Source: Eledone cirrhosa (lineage: Eukaryota). From it: DNA of 64,000 nt. The notes below the pieces were generated by a model, which had not been told where the DNA came from, did not search any database, and saw only the letters and a program-made list of their open reading frames with translations. The DNA is taken from contig OZ024740.1 in the NCBI GenBank assembly GCA_964016885.1, forward strand, positions 232,934,001-232,998,000. The letters run 5' to 3'. The first letter of the stretch is position 1. Each line of letters begins with the position of its first letter. Position numbers and translations under genes: made by a program. Shown here in pieces: positions 12,539 through 25,801 of the stretch.

Positions 12539-14270
12539 ATGGATGATAAGATTGAAGCTCTTCTCGCCATAAGTGGAAATGGGAGCGTTGAAATGAAAGT
12601 CACTATGGGAACAGGTAGTGACCGAGATAAATCACACCAAAGCAAAAGTATGGAAACACATACGGCACAACAAATATTGAACAAGAAAAAAAAACAACTT
12701 CACGAATGAACTCCACAACCACAAATCAAGCAATTGAGAACAACAAAAACAACAGCAACGACAACAATGACAACAACAACAGCAACCATAAAAAATCTTT
12801 TGCCACAATAAGCAAAGGAACTTTTACAAATATTGATATTTCCAATGCGAAGGAAATGATCAATGAACGAAAAAAAATATATTACCTTCGAGGAAAAGGG
12901 GGGATTTAAAATCACCTCTCCGCCACAAATCAAAGCCGACACTATGCGAAGGACTGTGATTTTTCGCCCGATTTTGAACAAACAAAAAAACGGCTTTCCT
13001 TGCTCGTCTTCAAAGAGGCACTGCCGGAAATACAATACATACAAAGGGCTAAACTATATGGAAGCATTTCGGTGCTCTTCAAAAGAGAGGCTCTTGTGAA
13101 AAAATACTCAGTGACCCCGGTCACTTCTGCCACACCCACCTTTTATCCTACATACATGGGAAAAAAGAACACAAAGAATAAACATCACCAATATACCACC
13201 CAACATTAACATCTGGTGGATTCTGGCAGGGTTCTTGGAGGGAGATGAAGACACAATACTGTCGATTCAAAAATCCACAAGAAACACATGGAACGGCACA
13301 AGGTTGAAAATTGTGGTCCAAATGAAACCGGACAGAATTTCCAAGATACCAGAAAGGGTGCCAGTAGATAATACCAATTACATCCACATTTCGGCAGAAG
13401 AAGGGAGGCCACATTGTTTTAAATGCGCGAGCACATCGCATTTAAAGGCCTCCTGTCCCTTCTTACGAACAAACACCACCACCCCCAAAAAGTACTTTTA
13501 CCAACACCAACTCCAAAACCACAACAACAGCAACAACACATAAAACAAGCAAACACACAAAAGCAAACAACTGTTCAACCACAAACAACAGAAAAAACAC
13601 AATCATTTCCCCTGAAAAACACACTCCACCCCATCCCACTCCATCCAACACTACCACAATCACACACACAAACACACCATCACCATAGAACATACCCCTC
13701 CCACACGCCCCTGATGACGATTCATCACCAGACGAAGCTACTTCTCCATCCCCAAGTGAAGATGAAGGAGAGCCTCGTAAATAGAAAAAAAAAAGAGACA
13801 CCACAAAGCCACAAAAACAACAATCACCAACACAAACACACAACCACCAACACAAATAACAACACAAACACCAACACAAATAACAACACAAACACCAACA
13901 CCACCCCAAACACAAATGCCCACCATAAAAAGAAAAAAAAAGAAAATGAAAAACAAACCAAAACAACACAACAACAAAAAAAAACAACAAAAAAACAAAA
14001 AACCTAATGGAGGTCATCTCCCTAGACCCCAAAGTAGAAACTGAGGGGAAAACTTTTGTAAAAGCAAACTCTCAAACACACCTAAAACTAATAAGGGTTT
14101 CGATAGAGAACTATCAGACATTGAAAGAACAGTTTTCACAGGACGTTGGCAACCCCTGCCAAAATCCAATAAACCGTGTCCTGTTGAAATGTTTCCCACC
14201 CCACTCAACACCCCCACCAGAACTGAAATGGAGATTGAACAACCCGATCTCCAGGAAACGAAAATGTAAG
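12539..14270 (+). pseudogene. LINE ORF1 (gag-like), frameshifted
   Basis: ATG at 12539. Fragments include RPHCFKCASTSHLKASCP (CX2CX4HX4C), followed by a low-complexity A/C-rich region. Confidence 0.75.
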
Positions 14271-14310
14271 TGCACCTTTTCGTTCTTTTTGCCAACTCTT
14301 CTCCACCAAC

Positions 14311-17300
14311 ATGGCTGACTTACGAGTTGGAAGCGTGAATGTGCGTGGCTTAGGGATGCCCTGGAAACAGGGCCAACTTTTAAACGACCTGAGGTCACAC
14401 GGTATAGATGTCATAGCCATCATCGAGTCCAGGATCCTCAACAGGCAGCAACTAACACCCATCTTCAATGACTTTGAGATCTACGCATCTCTCTCTCAGC
14501 CGGGAGGTGGAGGGGGAGTGACTGTCATGTTTCGGAAAAACCTGGATCTCGAAGTACAGCAAGTACACTTGGACCCGGAGGGTAGACTGGTAGTCCTAGA
14601 CGTGAACAGTATTGGAGGTGGAGCCTTCAGACTGGTGGCCGTTTATGCCCCGACCGGTCAATCACAATCGCGGCCAGACTTCTTTAAGCGTCTGGAGTCT
14701 TTTCTAGGAAAGTCTCGCTCTTTGCTTTTAGTGGGGGACTGGAATGGTATCCTAGATGCACGATGGGACTATGTGGGAGCATGTCCCAGTAGAGCGTGGT
14801 GCAACAGCCTCAAAAATCTAATCGGCCAAATCCAACTGGCCGAGAGATATCGTCTAGATTTCCCAACTGCACCACAGTGGACGTGGGCAAACCGCAGAGG
14901 GACATCTAGATATGTTTTTCATTAGAGAAAAGGACAAGAAGATGTTAAGCTGTCCACAAATGCACATGGTAGCCTATTCAGTTCACAAACTAGTCGTCTG
15001 CATCGTCAATCGTGATACAATACATAGACAAGGACCCGGATACTGGAAGCTGAATGTGTCGTTGTTGGCACGAAAAGCCTACAGTAAACGGATAAGTAGA
15101 TTAATTAAGCAAGAGTTGACGGGAGCCATCGTCAACAATAGATGGTGGTACTCTCTCAAGAGAGCAATTAAAGATAGGGTTTAGCAGAGAATTAGCTTTA
15201 GAGAAAAACAAATGAGAAACAGAACTAGTAGCCAAAGTAGAAGAGGCGCTTTGGAGTGGCAACGCAGCTAGAGTACTAGCATCGAGAACGGCACTGGACC
15301 AGTTCTACGACGCGAAACACGATGATGCGTGGTCAGAAGTAAATCACGTGCTCTAGGAAACGAGGGAGCGAAAGCTGTTAGCTGGGCCCGAGTGGCAGAG
15401 GCGAAAAGTGGCAACAAGTCCACGATTCGGTCTTTGAAAGACCAAAACGGACGCGTGTTACTTGACCCCAGGCAGATGTGCACGGCCTTTCAGCGGCACT
15501 TTGCGCGACTGTTTGAGCAGAATGAAGGTGCACCGAACGGGCAATGGACTTTGGTTCATACCTCGACGGCCTGCCGCATCTCTCGAGCATGGACGCCGAA
15601 TTCTGCGAAAGACCGATCACAGCCACTGAGATACAGGACGCTCTAGACCGCTGCGGGAAACGCAAATCACCCGGTCTAGATGGTCTACCCTATGAGTTTT
15701 ACATAGGCATGCCGGACTTGTTCTCTGGCGTACTCGAAGCCGTCTACTACAATTGGCAGCAGAACAGGACAATTCCCAGTTCTTCAGGCAAGGCCGTAGT
15801 AACGCTGATCAAGGAAAGACGAGAACAATGGGGACGAAATAAACAATTTCAGGCCCATAACTCTGCTCAACACAGAGTTAAAGATTTTGGCCAAGGTACT
15901 AGCAACGAGGCTGGCACTTGTCGTCGAAAATCTGGTAGGGAAAGCGCAAACGTGTGCAATGCCAACCATGTCCATACACGACAACCTCCACCTTCATGCG
16001 ATACATCATAGAGAGGGTGGGGTGTAAACACGGCTTCGGTGGGGCCCTGATCAATTTAGATCAGTCTAAGGCATTCGATAGGGTCGACCATCGATACTTG
16101 GAAGCGGTTCTCAAGGCTGCCGGTTTCGGTCCCGCTTTCAGATGCTGGATCAAGGCGATGCACACCAGCATCTGCTCGAAGGTCAAGGTGAACGGCTACA
16201 TATCGGAGCCATTCGCAATCACGCGTTCCATTTGACAGGATGCCCTCTCTCCTCTATTCTGTACGTATTGACTCTAGAGCCACTACTGTGGAAGTTGGAG
16301 CTTTTGCAGGACATCCCTTTAGAACCGGGACTGCGAAAAGCGGCGTCGGCTTATGCTGACGACGTGACGGTAATGGTGTCGAAAACCTCAGAAATCGAGG
16401 TAATCGGCAACCTACTACAGGAATACGAAAGGTTCACAGGAGCAACACTGAACCCGGACAAGTCTGTTAGTTTGCAACTCGGAACGTGGAGAGGAAAACC
16501 GATGCCGTCCTACAGCGTCGTCGGGCGCTGGACGGAAGGACCGGTGAAATTGCTCGGGGTCTGGTTCGGTCAAAACCTCCAGGTGGAGAAAAAATGGTAT
16601 TAGCGCTCAGCCAGAAGTTGGCAGTGTGAAAACTGACTTTGAAATGTAGAGCGGAGGTGGCGAACACTTTCATAGCGTCCGTCATCTACTACCGCTTGAC
16701 TGTCGTACCTTGTCCCCGTGAACAACTCGCCAAGATGGAACACATGCTCTTCCAGTTTCTGTGGAAGAAGCAGGCTCCGCTGGTGAGGAGATCCGTCTGC
16801 TGTCAGCACCCTTCCAACGTGGCTGATGATGCGCAAACATGCGCTGAGGCTGCGGCATCTCCAGGTATTCCTCACCGACCCCCAACCGGTCTGGGCACCG
16901 TTTGTGAGACAGGCTTTCCCACAGTTCGTCTCGCTGACGGAGCTGCAGTCCTGGGTGAAGAAAAGACCGAAAACGATGGGCGCCTGGCACATTGAATGCG
17001 CTCAGGCGCTCACAGTCCTCTGGCAAGCGGGCGAAGCAATCAGTGGAAACTCCACTTCGACATTCTATAGAGGGATTGTACGCTACAAGGGCGTCGAAGA
17101 CGATGAGCTCACTAGTCTGTTTGGTAGGACTTTCCGCCCGGGACCTATGGACAACTTCCAGAGGTCCCTGGCCTGGCAGTGCTACCGAGGAGCTCTACCG
17201 GTTCGTGACAAGATCTACAGGCATGGACGCCCCGGCAGGGATCCTTCCAAGAGGACGTGTCCAAGATGCGAGCAGGACATTGAAACCGTCTTGCACGCAA

Positions 17301-17644
17301 TTGTACACTGCCCGGGCGTAAGCGACCTGTGGAACTATGCAGAACAACTGCTGTCGCGTATGGGACAAATCCAGTTGACTGCCGAGTCCATAGTAAGGAT
17401 CAAACCGCCAGCCTCTTTCAAAAACGAAAGAGAGGTGGTTTTCCTCTGTATAGTGGCTAAGGTGAAAGAGGTTATATGGTGGACGAGATTGAGAGGACTG
17501 AGGACAGATGCCTTTCTCTCCGGACAACAATTGATTCCCTTCTTTAAGTATCACTTTAGAAGGAGAATCAGAGTGGAGAGAGAGGCACTGCACCCCAGTA
17601 AATTTACTGAAAGGTGGGTGAATGAAGCGAAATGGCCTGAGTGA
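14311..17644 (+). pseudogene. LINE ORF2: AP endonuclease, reverse transcriptase and zinc-binding domain, multiple frameshifts
   Basis: SVNVRGL, AVYAP, LVGDWN, GPGYWKLN, KSPGLDGLPYEFY, LDQSKAFDRVDH, GCPLS, AYADD and CPRC..ETVLHAIVHC across successive ORF pieces. Confidence 0.93.
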
Positions 17645-18462
17645 TTGGCCTTCTCTGTTTTAAGCCTGTAGGTTAAAGAAGAGAGCAAAAGAAAGAAAGG
17701 AGCACTTGCACAACACGCTCCTGAAGTTGAGGGTTGTTCTATCAACGGGGTATTAAACAACCCATTTGTGGTGTCTCCCCCCTATTGGGGATTTCGATTG
17801 TTATAATTGTCTGTTTTATTTTTTTTTTCTACACGACTGTATGTAAAATCCCCGGCATGTGTCTTTGTATTGTCCCCTTTTCTTGTGTGCCCTTGTGGCA
17901 AATAAAGAAATATATCTATCTGTCTGTCTGTCTCTCTGTCTAACTATCTATCTATCTATCTATCTATCTATCTGCCCATCTCTTTGTCTAACTATCTAAT
18001 AATCTATATATCTATTTATCCGTCTGTCTGTCCATTCACCAATCCATCTGCCTAGCTATCAGCCTATCTTTCTGTCTTCTCTTTCGCCACTATACTCACT
18101 CTGAATATCATTATTATCATCATCGCCCTTGTCGTTTTCTTGTGTAAGTCATTTTTATTTTCTGTTTTTCGTATTACTGGCGCCGTTTTTGTTTTTAAGC
18201 ACTTCATTTTACTTATGTCTTTTATATATGAAAGCTCTTGGGAAACGCATACACGTCACGACTATTTCTACATTTCCCATCTCTTATAAATCTTCCTCGG
18301 GGAAGCTAAAGATCATGTTTTCCTGTAATGGAATGCTATTTTTTATGGCTGATAAAATATCATCTGTCACTTCCCCATTCCAGCTAAAATTATGGGATTA
18401 TGATTAGTCCTTGAAAGGATACAACTCCTACATTGGACAGAGCAGCAAACATAACATAGGTA

Positions 18463-18889
18463 TAGAAAAGTAGCTGGTTTACAGGTAAAGGATGATAGAA
18501 CTGGTAAGACACCACTACATGAAAAAATGATAAAGTAGAAAATCAAACTTTCCAGTTGGTGTCTTCCTGTTTCTTCTACAACAACTACAACGGTACGCGA
18601 TGGGGCCCCCACCCACAGCCACGGCAGACAGAATGGAGAAGGCGTTTCTCCTGGGGACGGCAAGGGAGACGCGCTGGAAAAGCCACTCCAACTCGCGGGC
18701 CTCACACCTGCGGCTGGTCAGCTCAGCGCCTATGGGGAAACGCCTTCTCCATTCTGTCCGCCGGGGCTGTGGGTGGGCCCCATCGCGTACCGTTGTATTT
18801 GTTGTAGAAGAAACAGGAAAACAACAACTGGAAAGTTTGATGTCTTAACAGTTCTATCATCCTTTACCTGTAAACCAGCTACTTTTCTA
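18463..18889. mobile_element. Foldback/MITE-like element with long TIRs
   Basis: tagaaaagtagctggtttacagg... to ...ggcgtttc (about 18650) is mirrored from about 18737 to ...cagctacttttcta. The left arm has a ~30-bp insertion. GC-rich core. Confidence 0.75.
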
Positions 18890-19139
18890 TGACAATACAT
18901 ATATGTGTAACAATATATATGTTACATAACAATGATATTAATAAATGGAAACTATATTCATAGGTATATACAGAAATAGCAGTAAGTACAAAGTGAAAAT
19001 GAGTTTTTTGTGGTCAGTCAAGCTGCCGGAAATAGGAAAGAAATTTCTTCAAATCATATCCTATATGTTAAAAAGGAAGGAGGTACTGGACAATGGATAT
19101 TCCAAAGATGAGGTGGACTCAGTTCAAACGACGTAAATA

Positions 19140-20180
19140 ATAAGTGTGCTCAATCAAAACTTACCTGGGGTTAAAACACCAACAGTAAATGACTATTCGT
19201 TTACTCGATACTGTTTATTTTCTTTATAGAATAATCAGAAGACTCTTCGATTTTACCGCAAGCGAAAGGATTTATTTCCAAGCCATGCTCGTAAGCCTCA
19301 TTCTTTGTTCGGATGGCATCTTTAACCTCCTGATTGAACCAAGGAGTCCTCCCTCTGCCCGCTGCCAAACCAATCCGATTCCGTTCGCATCATATAACAG
19401 CTGAAGCAGAAACAGCCGAGCTGAACAATCTCCACTACCTTTCAACATCCTCAGTTTACATCGGGATCGCCGTTCCTTTCAGTCATTCCTTTATATGTCA
19501 GGTGGTCAGTGCCAACTTATGCATTGAAGTCTCCCATTAGGGTGTATATCCTAATCTTACCTACATGCAACTCAGCAGTGATTCTTCGAGGAAGGATCTG
19601 TATTCGAACTTTCTGTTTGGCGAATAAAATTACACCACCCTGAGAGACCATTCTTTCAGCCAAAAATTCATGGGTCGAATCCTCACACTCAATGGGATAC
19701 AGTCCACAACACATTCCCATACATTTCAGCCGGGGACATGTGAGTATCCCCACTCCCTCAAGTGCTGTTATTTCTGGCCTTGTCAGTTCTGACGATCCCC
19801 AGTTCTCTCATCTTTGGATGGAGACGGTAATAATTTTTTCGAACAGACCCCCTCTACCTGAATTCAGACCCCGTACGCTGTTACCCTGCGCGAAGAACGA
19901 TGCAGTATGAATGTTTTTATTGCAGCGAACCGTATTGCATTTTTTACTTGTTTTATTCGTGACAGTCACCAATTGGGTACTTTTCGCTGACCCGTGAATA
20001 TTAGGCTTTCTTAGAAGGGGCCTTTACTCATCCCGTCGTAGCTACATCACAGAGTTGTGAGACTTTTCTTGGGAGCTAACAGTGCCACATATTGCTCCAT
20101 CACCCATAGGAGTTTGCCACTGTTGGTTTGGGTTGCTTATTCGTCCGGCAGAAACCTCCTTGTAAGTCGTAGCAGAGACA
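19140..20180 (-). mobile_element. RTE-like LINE 5' part (APE), decayed
   Basis: LMGDFNA motif in ORF 19517..19753. Nucleotide similarity to 48085-48290. Confidence 0.6.
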
Positions 20181-20329
20181 GTAAAGGTGTCTCAATTTAA
20201 TATATGCGAGAACTTTGGCGTTAATTTAGAATACGATTTTAGATCGGCAAATAAATTATTCTGGCAGACCAACCACCGGGTCCGAAAAAAAAGTACCCCT
20301 CTACGTCGGCTAACAGGAACGCATCTGGG

Positions 20330-20750
20330 GTTCATCTTTCTCCAGAGCAATACATCCTAGCGAAGTGGAAAGAATAATTTGCTGATAGCCTGAACCTGGT
20401 CACAACAACATATTCCGGTATACATGAGGTACATTTAGGAGTGAAGACTAAGCTCAAGTAGACTGAGACCACCAAAGCAATTAAAGAGCTCAAATGTGGC
20501 AAGAACGCTGGATGATGTTAAATGTTTTGAATAGAGAAGGTATTCCCCTGGCTGACTCCTCTTTGCCAGGTGATTTGGATATCTGAAAAGTCACCTATGC
20601 AATGGAAATTGGGAGTGCTAATCCCAATTTTCAAAATGGGGAACAAAATATTGCACTAATTAAACAAGGATCTTCTTACTAAGCCTTCCCAGTAAAGTCT
20701 ATGCAACATGTCTGAAAAAGAGGAGTAAGGATATTATCGAGACCAAGCTG
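20330..20750 (+). mobile_element. RTE-like LINE RT N-terminal fragment
   Basis: Manual translation gives KAIKELKCGKNAG, WKLGVLIPIFKMG and LLSLPSKVY, typical of the start of LINE RT. Confidence 0.7.
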
Positions 20751-21769
20751 TGTGTTCAAATCTCGCTAAGGATAACTTTATCTCTCATTCTTCCTCAAGT
20801 CAATGATTTGAATTCCCAAAGAAATACTGGGATCAATTTACTGATTATAGAGTATATCTTAGATACGAATGGAATTAACAAATATTAAAATAAGACTACG
20901 GATATATCATTCGTTCAAAAAAATATTGATATAACTGATGAGAATGCTGAACGTAGAAACTGTACATAGATTCAAATAAATTATCTTGCAGTGTAACGTA
21001 AGCTCCTTTTATATCTTGCAGTATACCGTATAATCCTCACTGAAGTTGACCTTTTTATCACACTTTAGGAATCGATAAAAGAATTAGCAGTGAATTAAAA
21101 ACTGTGGCTGTAATTAGTACCATACATTATCAATAGCGGTTTTAGGTGCCCATGTAGTCTCAAGCAGACATAAATGCATCCTTTGTCAACCATATTACAC
21201 TTGACCTAGCGGAATATCGTGAATGTGACAGTGGGAAGATGAAGGGCTCTACCAACAACGTTCCGGTAATACATTTACCAACCATAACTTAATCTTGTTC
21301 AGATACGAATTCCGTGTGCAGAAAGCCAGAATAAATAATGCAACGCACTCTACTCGACACTCCAGCGAATTTGGCAATCGGCCCCCTTATATGGCTGTCA
21401 ATTAATTTATTTAATCGGCTGCTCTCCTCCTTCCAAGTGTGCGGCATTGTACTATTCGATGTTTTATATACATACTACCTTTGTGCCTGTCAAATATAAC
21501 GAAGTAAAAAAATTAAATATATATATTAATTCCTTGATTATAACATTCTGTGAAAAGATACTATAATCCTTGAGCTTTCCTCGACTTGCTCCCAATTGTT
21601 ACTCCAAATATTGTCGTATTTCATTTTACATTAATTTAAATCAACTACAATTATTTTCTTCTGTATTTTCTTTAACCATCTGAAAATATGTATCTACTAG
21701 ATTACAATGACTTTGTTCTATATATATATTTAAATATGAATTTACCTCTGCTATTGGAATTCGTGTTTT

Positions 21770-21938
21770 GGAGGGTCGGACGCCATGCTTAGCAGCATAC
21801 AGTTACGGCCCTTTACGGTCTGAGTTAAAAAACCGCCGAGGAAAACTTTGCCTTTCATCCTTACGGGTTTGATAAAATTAAGCACCAGTAATGCACTGGG
21901 ATAATTGCTGGCCTTGTGCCAAAAGTAGAAACAATTAT
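21770..21938 (+). mobile_element. SINE copy (5'-truncated)
   Basis: Matches the consensus. Confidence 0.85.
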
Positions 21939-22032
21939 TTTTCTTGGATTGAGAGAGATATATTGGTAAATATACATAAATAGATAACGATGGAGCTATA
22001 TCACTCCCATAGATACAAGGTTAGATACATGG

Positions 22033-23068
22033 GTTGGATATATTGTTGTATAATTGTTATAATACCAATGGGTGGGTATATATTATTGTATAATTGTTAT
22101 AATACCAATGGGTGGGTATATATTGTTGTATAATTGTTATAATACCAATGGGTGGGTATATATTGTTGTATAATTGTTATAATACCAATGGGTGGGTATA
22201 TATTATTGCATAATTGTTATAATACCAATGGGTGGGTATATATTGTTGTATAATTGTTATAATACCAATGGGTGGGTATATATTGTTGTATAATTGTTAT
22301 AATACCAATGGGTGGGTATATATTGTTGTATAATTGTTATAATACCAATGGGTGGGTATATATTATTGTATAATTGTTATAATACCAATGGGTGGGTATA
22401 TATTATTGTATAATTGTTATAATACCAATGGGTGGGTATATATTGTTGTATAATTGTTATAATACCAATGGGTGGGTATATATTGTTGTATAATTGTTAT
22501 AATACCAATGGGTGGGTATATATTGTTGTATAATTGTTATAATACCAATGGGTGGATATATATTATTGTATAATTGTTATAATACCAATGGGTGGGTATA
22601 TATTGTTGTATAATTGTTATAATACCAATGGGTGGGTATATATTGTTGTATAATTGTTATAATACCAATGGGTGGGTATATATTGTTGTATAATTGTTAT
22701 AATACCAATGGGTGGATATATATTGTTGTATAATTGTTATAATACCAATGGGTGGATATATATTGTTGTATAATTGTTATAATACCAATGGGTGGGTATA
22801 TATTGTTGTATAATTGTTATAATACCAATGGGTGGATATATATTATTGTATAATTGTTATAATACCAATGGGTGGGTATATATTGTTGTAAAATTGTTAT
22901 AATACCAATGGGTGGGTATATATTGTTGTATAATTGTTATAATACCAATGGGTGGGTATATATTGTTGTATAATTGTTATAATACCAATGGGTGGGTATA
23001 TATTGTTGTATAATTGTTATAATACCAATGGGTGGGTATATATTGTTGTATAATTGTTATAATACCAA
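22033..23068. repeat. 40-bp minisatellite, about 26 copies
   Basis: Unit tattgttgtataattgttataataccaatgggtgggtata with only a few G/A variants and no spacers. Confidence 0.97.
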
Positions 23069-24249
23069 CCCTTACACACACACACACACAAAAGCGTGAT
23101 ATGTTTTCTTATAATGATATTGTGCTGGATTCAAACATACTAACCTGTATTTCACTTAGAGTTTCGATGTCGATTTTATCTCCATTGATACTTTTCAATA
23201 GGAAAATGTTCGCGAAACAACGAAAAAAAGATATAGTAAGAAGTGATACTGAAACGGCACTTGTAATTATTTTATCGACCACTAAAGCGTGGAAGTCAAA
23301 ACTAATTACTGTAATTTGATTTGTGACATCAAATATGTAGATGACTTTTTGTCAAAACCTAAAGCCCATGCTTCGAGGAATGGAAAAAGATATGGTGATT
23401 TGCATGCCATTCTTTAGTACATTACTAAGGAATGTAACGTGCCTTCAGCTTGGCAATGAAACCACGTATATTAACCAATCATTAGTCGTTCGCCTTTCCT
23501 TCTATTTCTCTAAACATATACTCATCAGATCCTCTGAATATGCTGTATTTATATATGTAAAGAAGAAAAAGGCAAATGGAAGCGAATTACAGTAAACTTA
23601 TTTAAATAAATAAACGAAACCTAAACTCTTGATAAATAGTTAGAATAATTCAACTCCCACTGTGAAAAATAAACAGACGAAAACAAATGACATGGAACAC
23701 ATGTAGCGTACTGACCCTTCAACACAGAATGACGGGTGATTCGCAGTGGCCGCATTATATCGGTGTCCCGTTATATTTATTAAATCTATCTCTTTACAAG
23801 AAGGTAATGTAAAACGTGTGGACGGCTGAAAGCTGGAATGTCTGTTAGCAGATATTTGAACTTTAGATTAAAAGAAACAGAGATAAACATTAAAGTTAGG
23901 GACAAAATATTGTTTGCTTTATTGTTTTTGTCATTGAACTAATGGTGTTCTCTAGAGATTTAGAAGTGGGAAAATGTATTGAAAACAAGATGTGCAATTA
24001 GTATTTAATTGAGAATAAGTCTATCTTTGCACCAAAGCCACACCAGAAGATTTTTAGAACGCTCACAATTACACACCCACACGCAAGCATACACACACTC
24101 ACTCACATGTGTGTGTGTATAAATGTGTGAGCGTTACGTATATGTTTCCAATATATGTATTTGTAAGAGTAGATGGGAATACTCTTTGTAATCTCTATTA
24201 GCAGTATAGAAAAACAAAATGAATATACATGTAACTCTAAAGTAACGCT

Positions 24250-24436
24250 TCTGCTGCTGCTGCTACTACTACTACTACTACTACTGCTGCTGCTACTGTT
24301 GCTGCTGCTGCTGCTGCTGCTGCTACTACTACTACTACTACTGCTGCTGCTACTACTACTACTACTACAACTACTACTACTGCTGCTGCTGCTGCTCTGC
24401 TGCTGCTGCTACTACTACTACTACTACTACTACTAT
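24250..24436. repeat. (CTG/CTA)n tract
   Basis: Seen directly. Confidence 0.9.
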
Positions 24437-24739
24437 AATGTCCCTATTGTTATTACTACAACTTTTGCTATTTTTATTCGTGTCACTTTGCAACCGCTTT
24501 ATTCCAATCCATTAGTGGTTCATGTACATAAGGAATAAACCCCCGATAACGAACTGAGTTCAAACTGATTGAAAAATATTATTGATAGTGATATTTAAGG
24601 TATGAAATTACACCGTGAAGATGAGATCAATTGTCAGGAAAACTATAATCTTAATAGTAACAACTCATCTTACACATAAAGTGGTTCAATTTTGAAGCGA
24701 GTCTGAACTGCTACATTTTGTTGGTCAGACCACAATACA

Positions 24740-25047
24740 CAGGGTGGGCCAGAATTATGACTCACTTGATTATTTATAGATCTATTAACACACAATGTTA
24801 TAAAACAAATAATCTCACACATTGAACACACTTTTCCAAGCTTAGCAAAGGATGCGCAATGGTTAATCAAATTTAAAAAAAATAAATAAAATACCTGTGA
24901 GGCATATTAAGAAATAAAAATATAAATTAAGAAATCTGCTAAGCATATTAAGAAATAAAATAATAAATTAAAACAATACAATAACAATAAAATAAGCATG
25001 TTAAGAAATATAACTAACAAGCGAGTCATGAATTCTGGCCCACCCTG
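24740..25047. mobile_element. Tc1/mariner-type MITE
   Basis: TIRs of about 29 bp, cagggtgggccagaatt-atgactcacttg and caagcgagtcatgaattctggcccaccctg. TA on the right, CA (probably mutated TA) on the left. Confidence 0.85.
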
Positions 25048-25801
25048 TAGAGGTTTACTCATTTCTAGTTATTGAAGTTCCCAAATTTAACTTACAAAGT
25101 GTAGTAGTTTATCATTGTGTCGGATTGTGTTGCTTTATTCAATACAGAATATATTTAAATATAAATGAGTCAAACTAAAATTAACAAACCAAAAATGAAA
25201 AGGAAAATGTAATGCGACATCTGGGCATTCAAAATATCTTTATGGATCTAAAATATTTAATTATAGTTGAGGAAACATTCTTGTCTAAACTCAGAACACC
25301 CATTATATCAAATTATACTAAATAAGATTAAACAGACGTTTTCACGACCGGGAAGGTCTTTTAGAATACATTTAAAAAAAAAAAACACTCCTTTCAATAT
25401 ATATTTATTGAAAATGACATTTGTCAAGTAATACGAAACGACTTTATACTAGAGATGCAGGCTTTCAAAATGAGAACCAACAACACGACGCATATTTATA
25501 TAATATACGTTCATATACCACCAATTTTAGTAACAGGATTACACAGGTCAACTACACAAAATGAAACATATGCACTTTCTTCATAAAATATCATTTTGAC
25601 CTATTATTTCCACCAGACACTATAAAACATGAATTAATCACTGCCAGGCAAAAAAAAAAAGAAAAAAAAAAAAAAAATTCTATATCTAAAATACACTAAA
25701 ATACAGAAGGCCTGAAGGAAGCAGAATTCACTGACTAATAATAGCAACTTCTCGTACCAACAATGTCAAATTCCCAGAATCTGCACAAAAATATAACAAT
25801 T

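Larger units (their letters stand above)
12503..17912 (+). mobile_element. L1/Tx1-clade non-LTR retrotransposon, full length, degenerate
   Basis: ORF1 with CCHC knuckle, ORF2 with APE-RT-zinc motif, 3' end aataaagaaa. (TCTA)n on both flanks. Confidence 0.93.

Noticed and set aside
18600-18848. MEKAFLLGTAR resembling the C-terminus of RLE-type retrotransposons
   Set aside because: Short, lies within the inverted repeat and has no upstream nuclease motifs. Probably chance.
22033-23068. CRISPR-like array
   Set aside because: No unique spacers, a eukaryotic context and no cas genes. It is a plain minisatellite.
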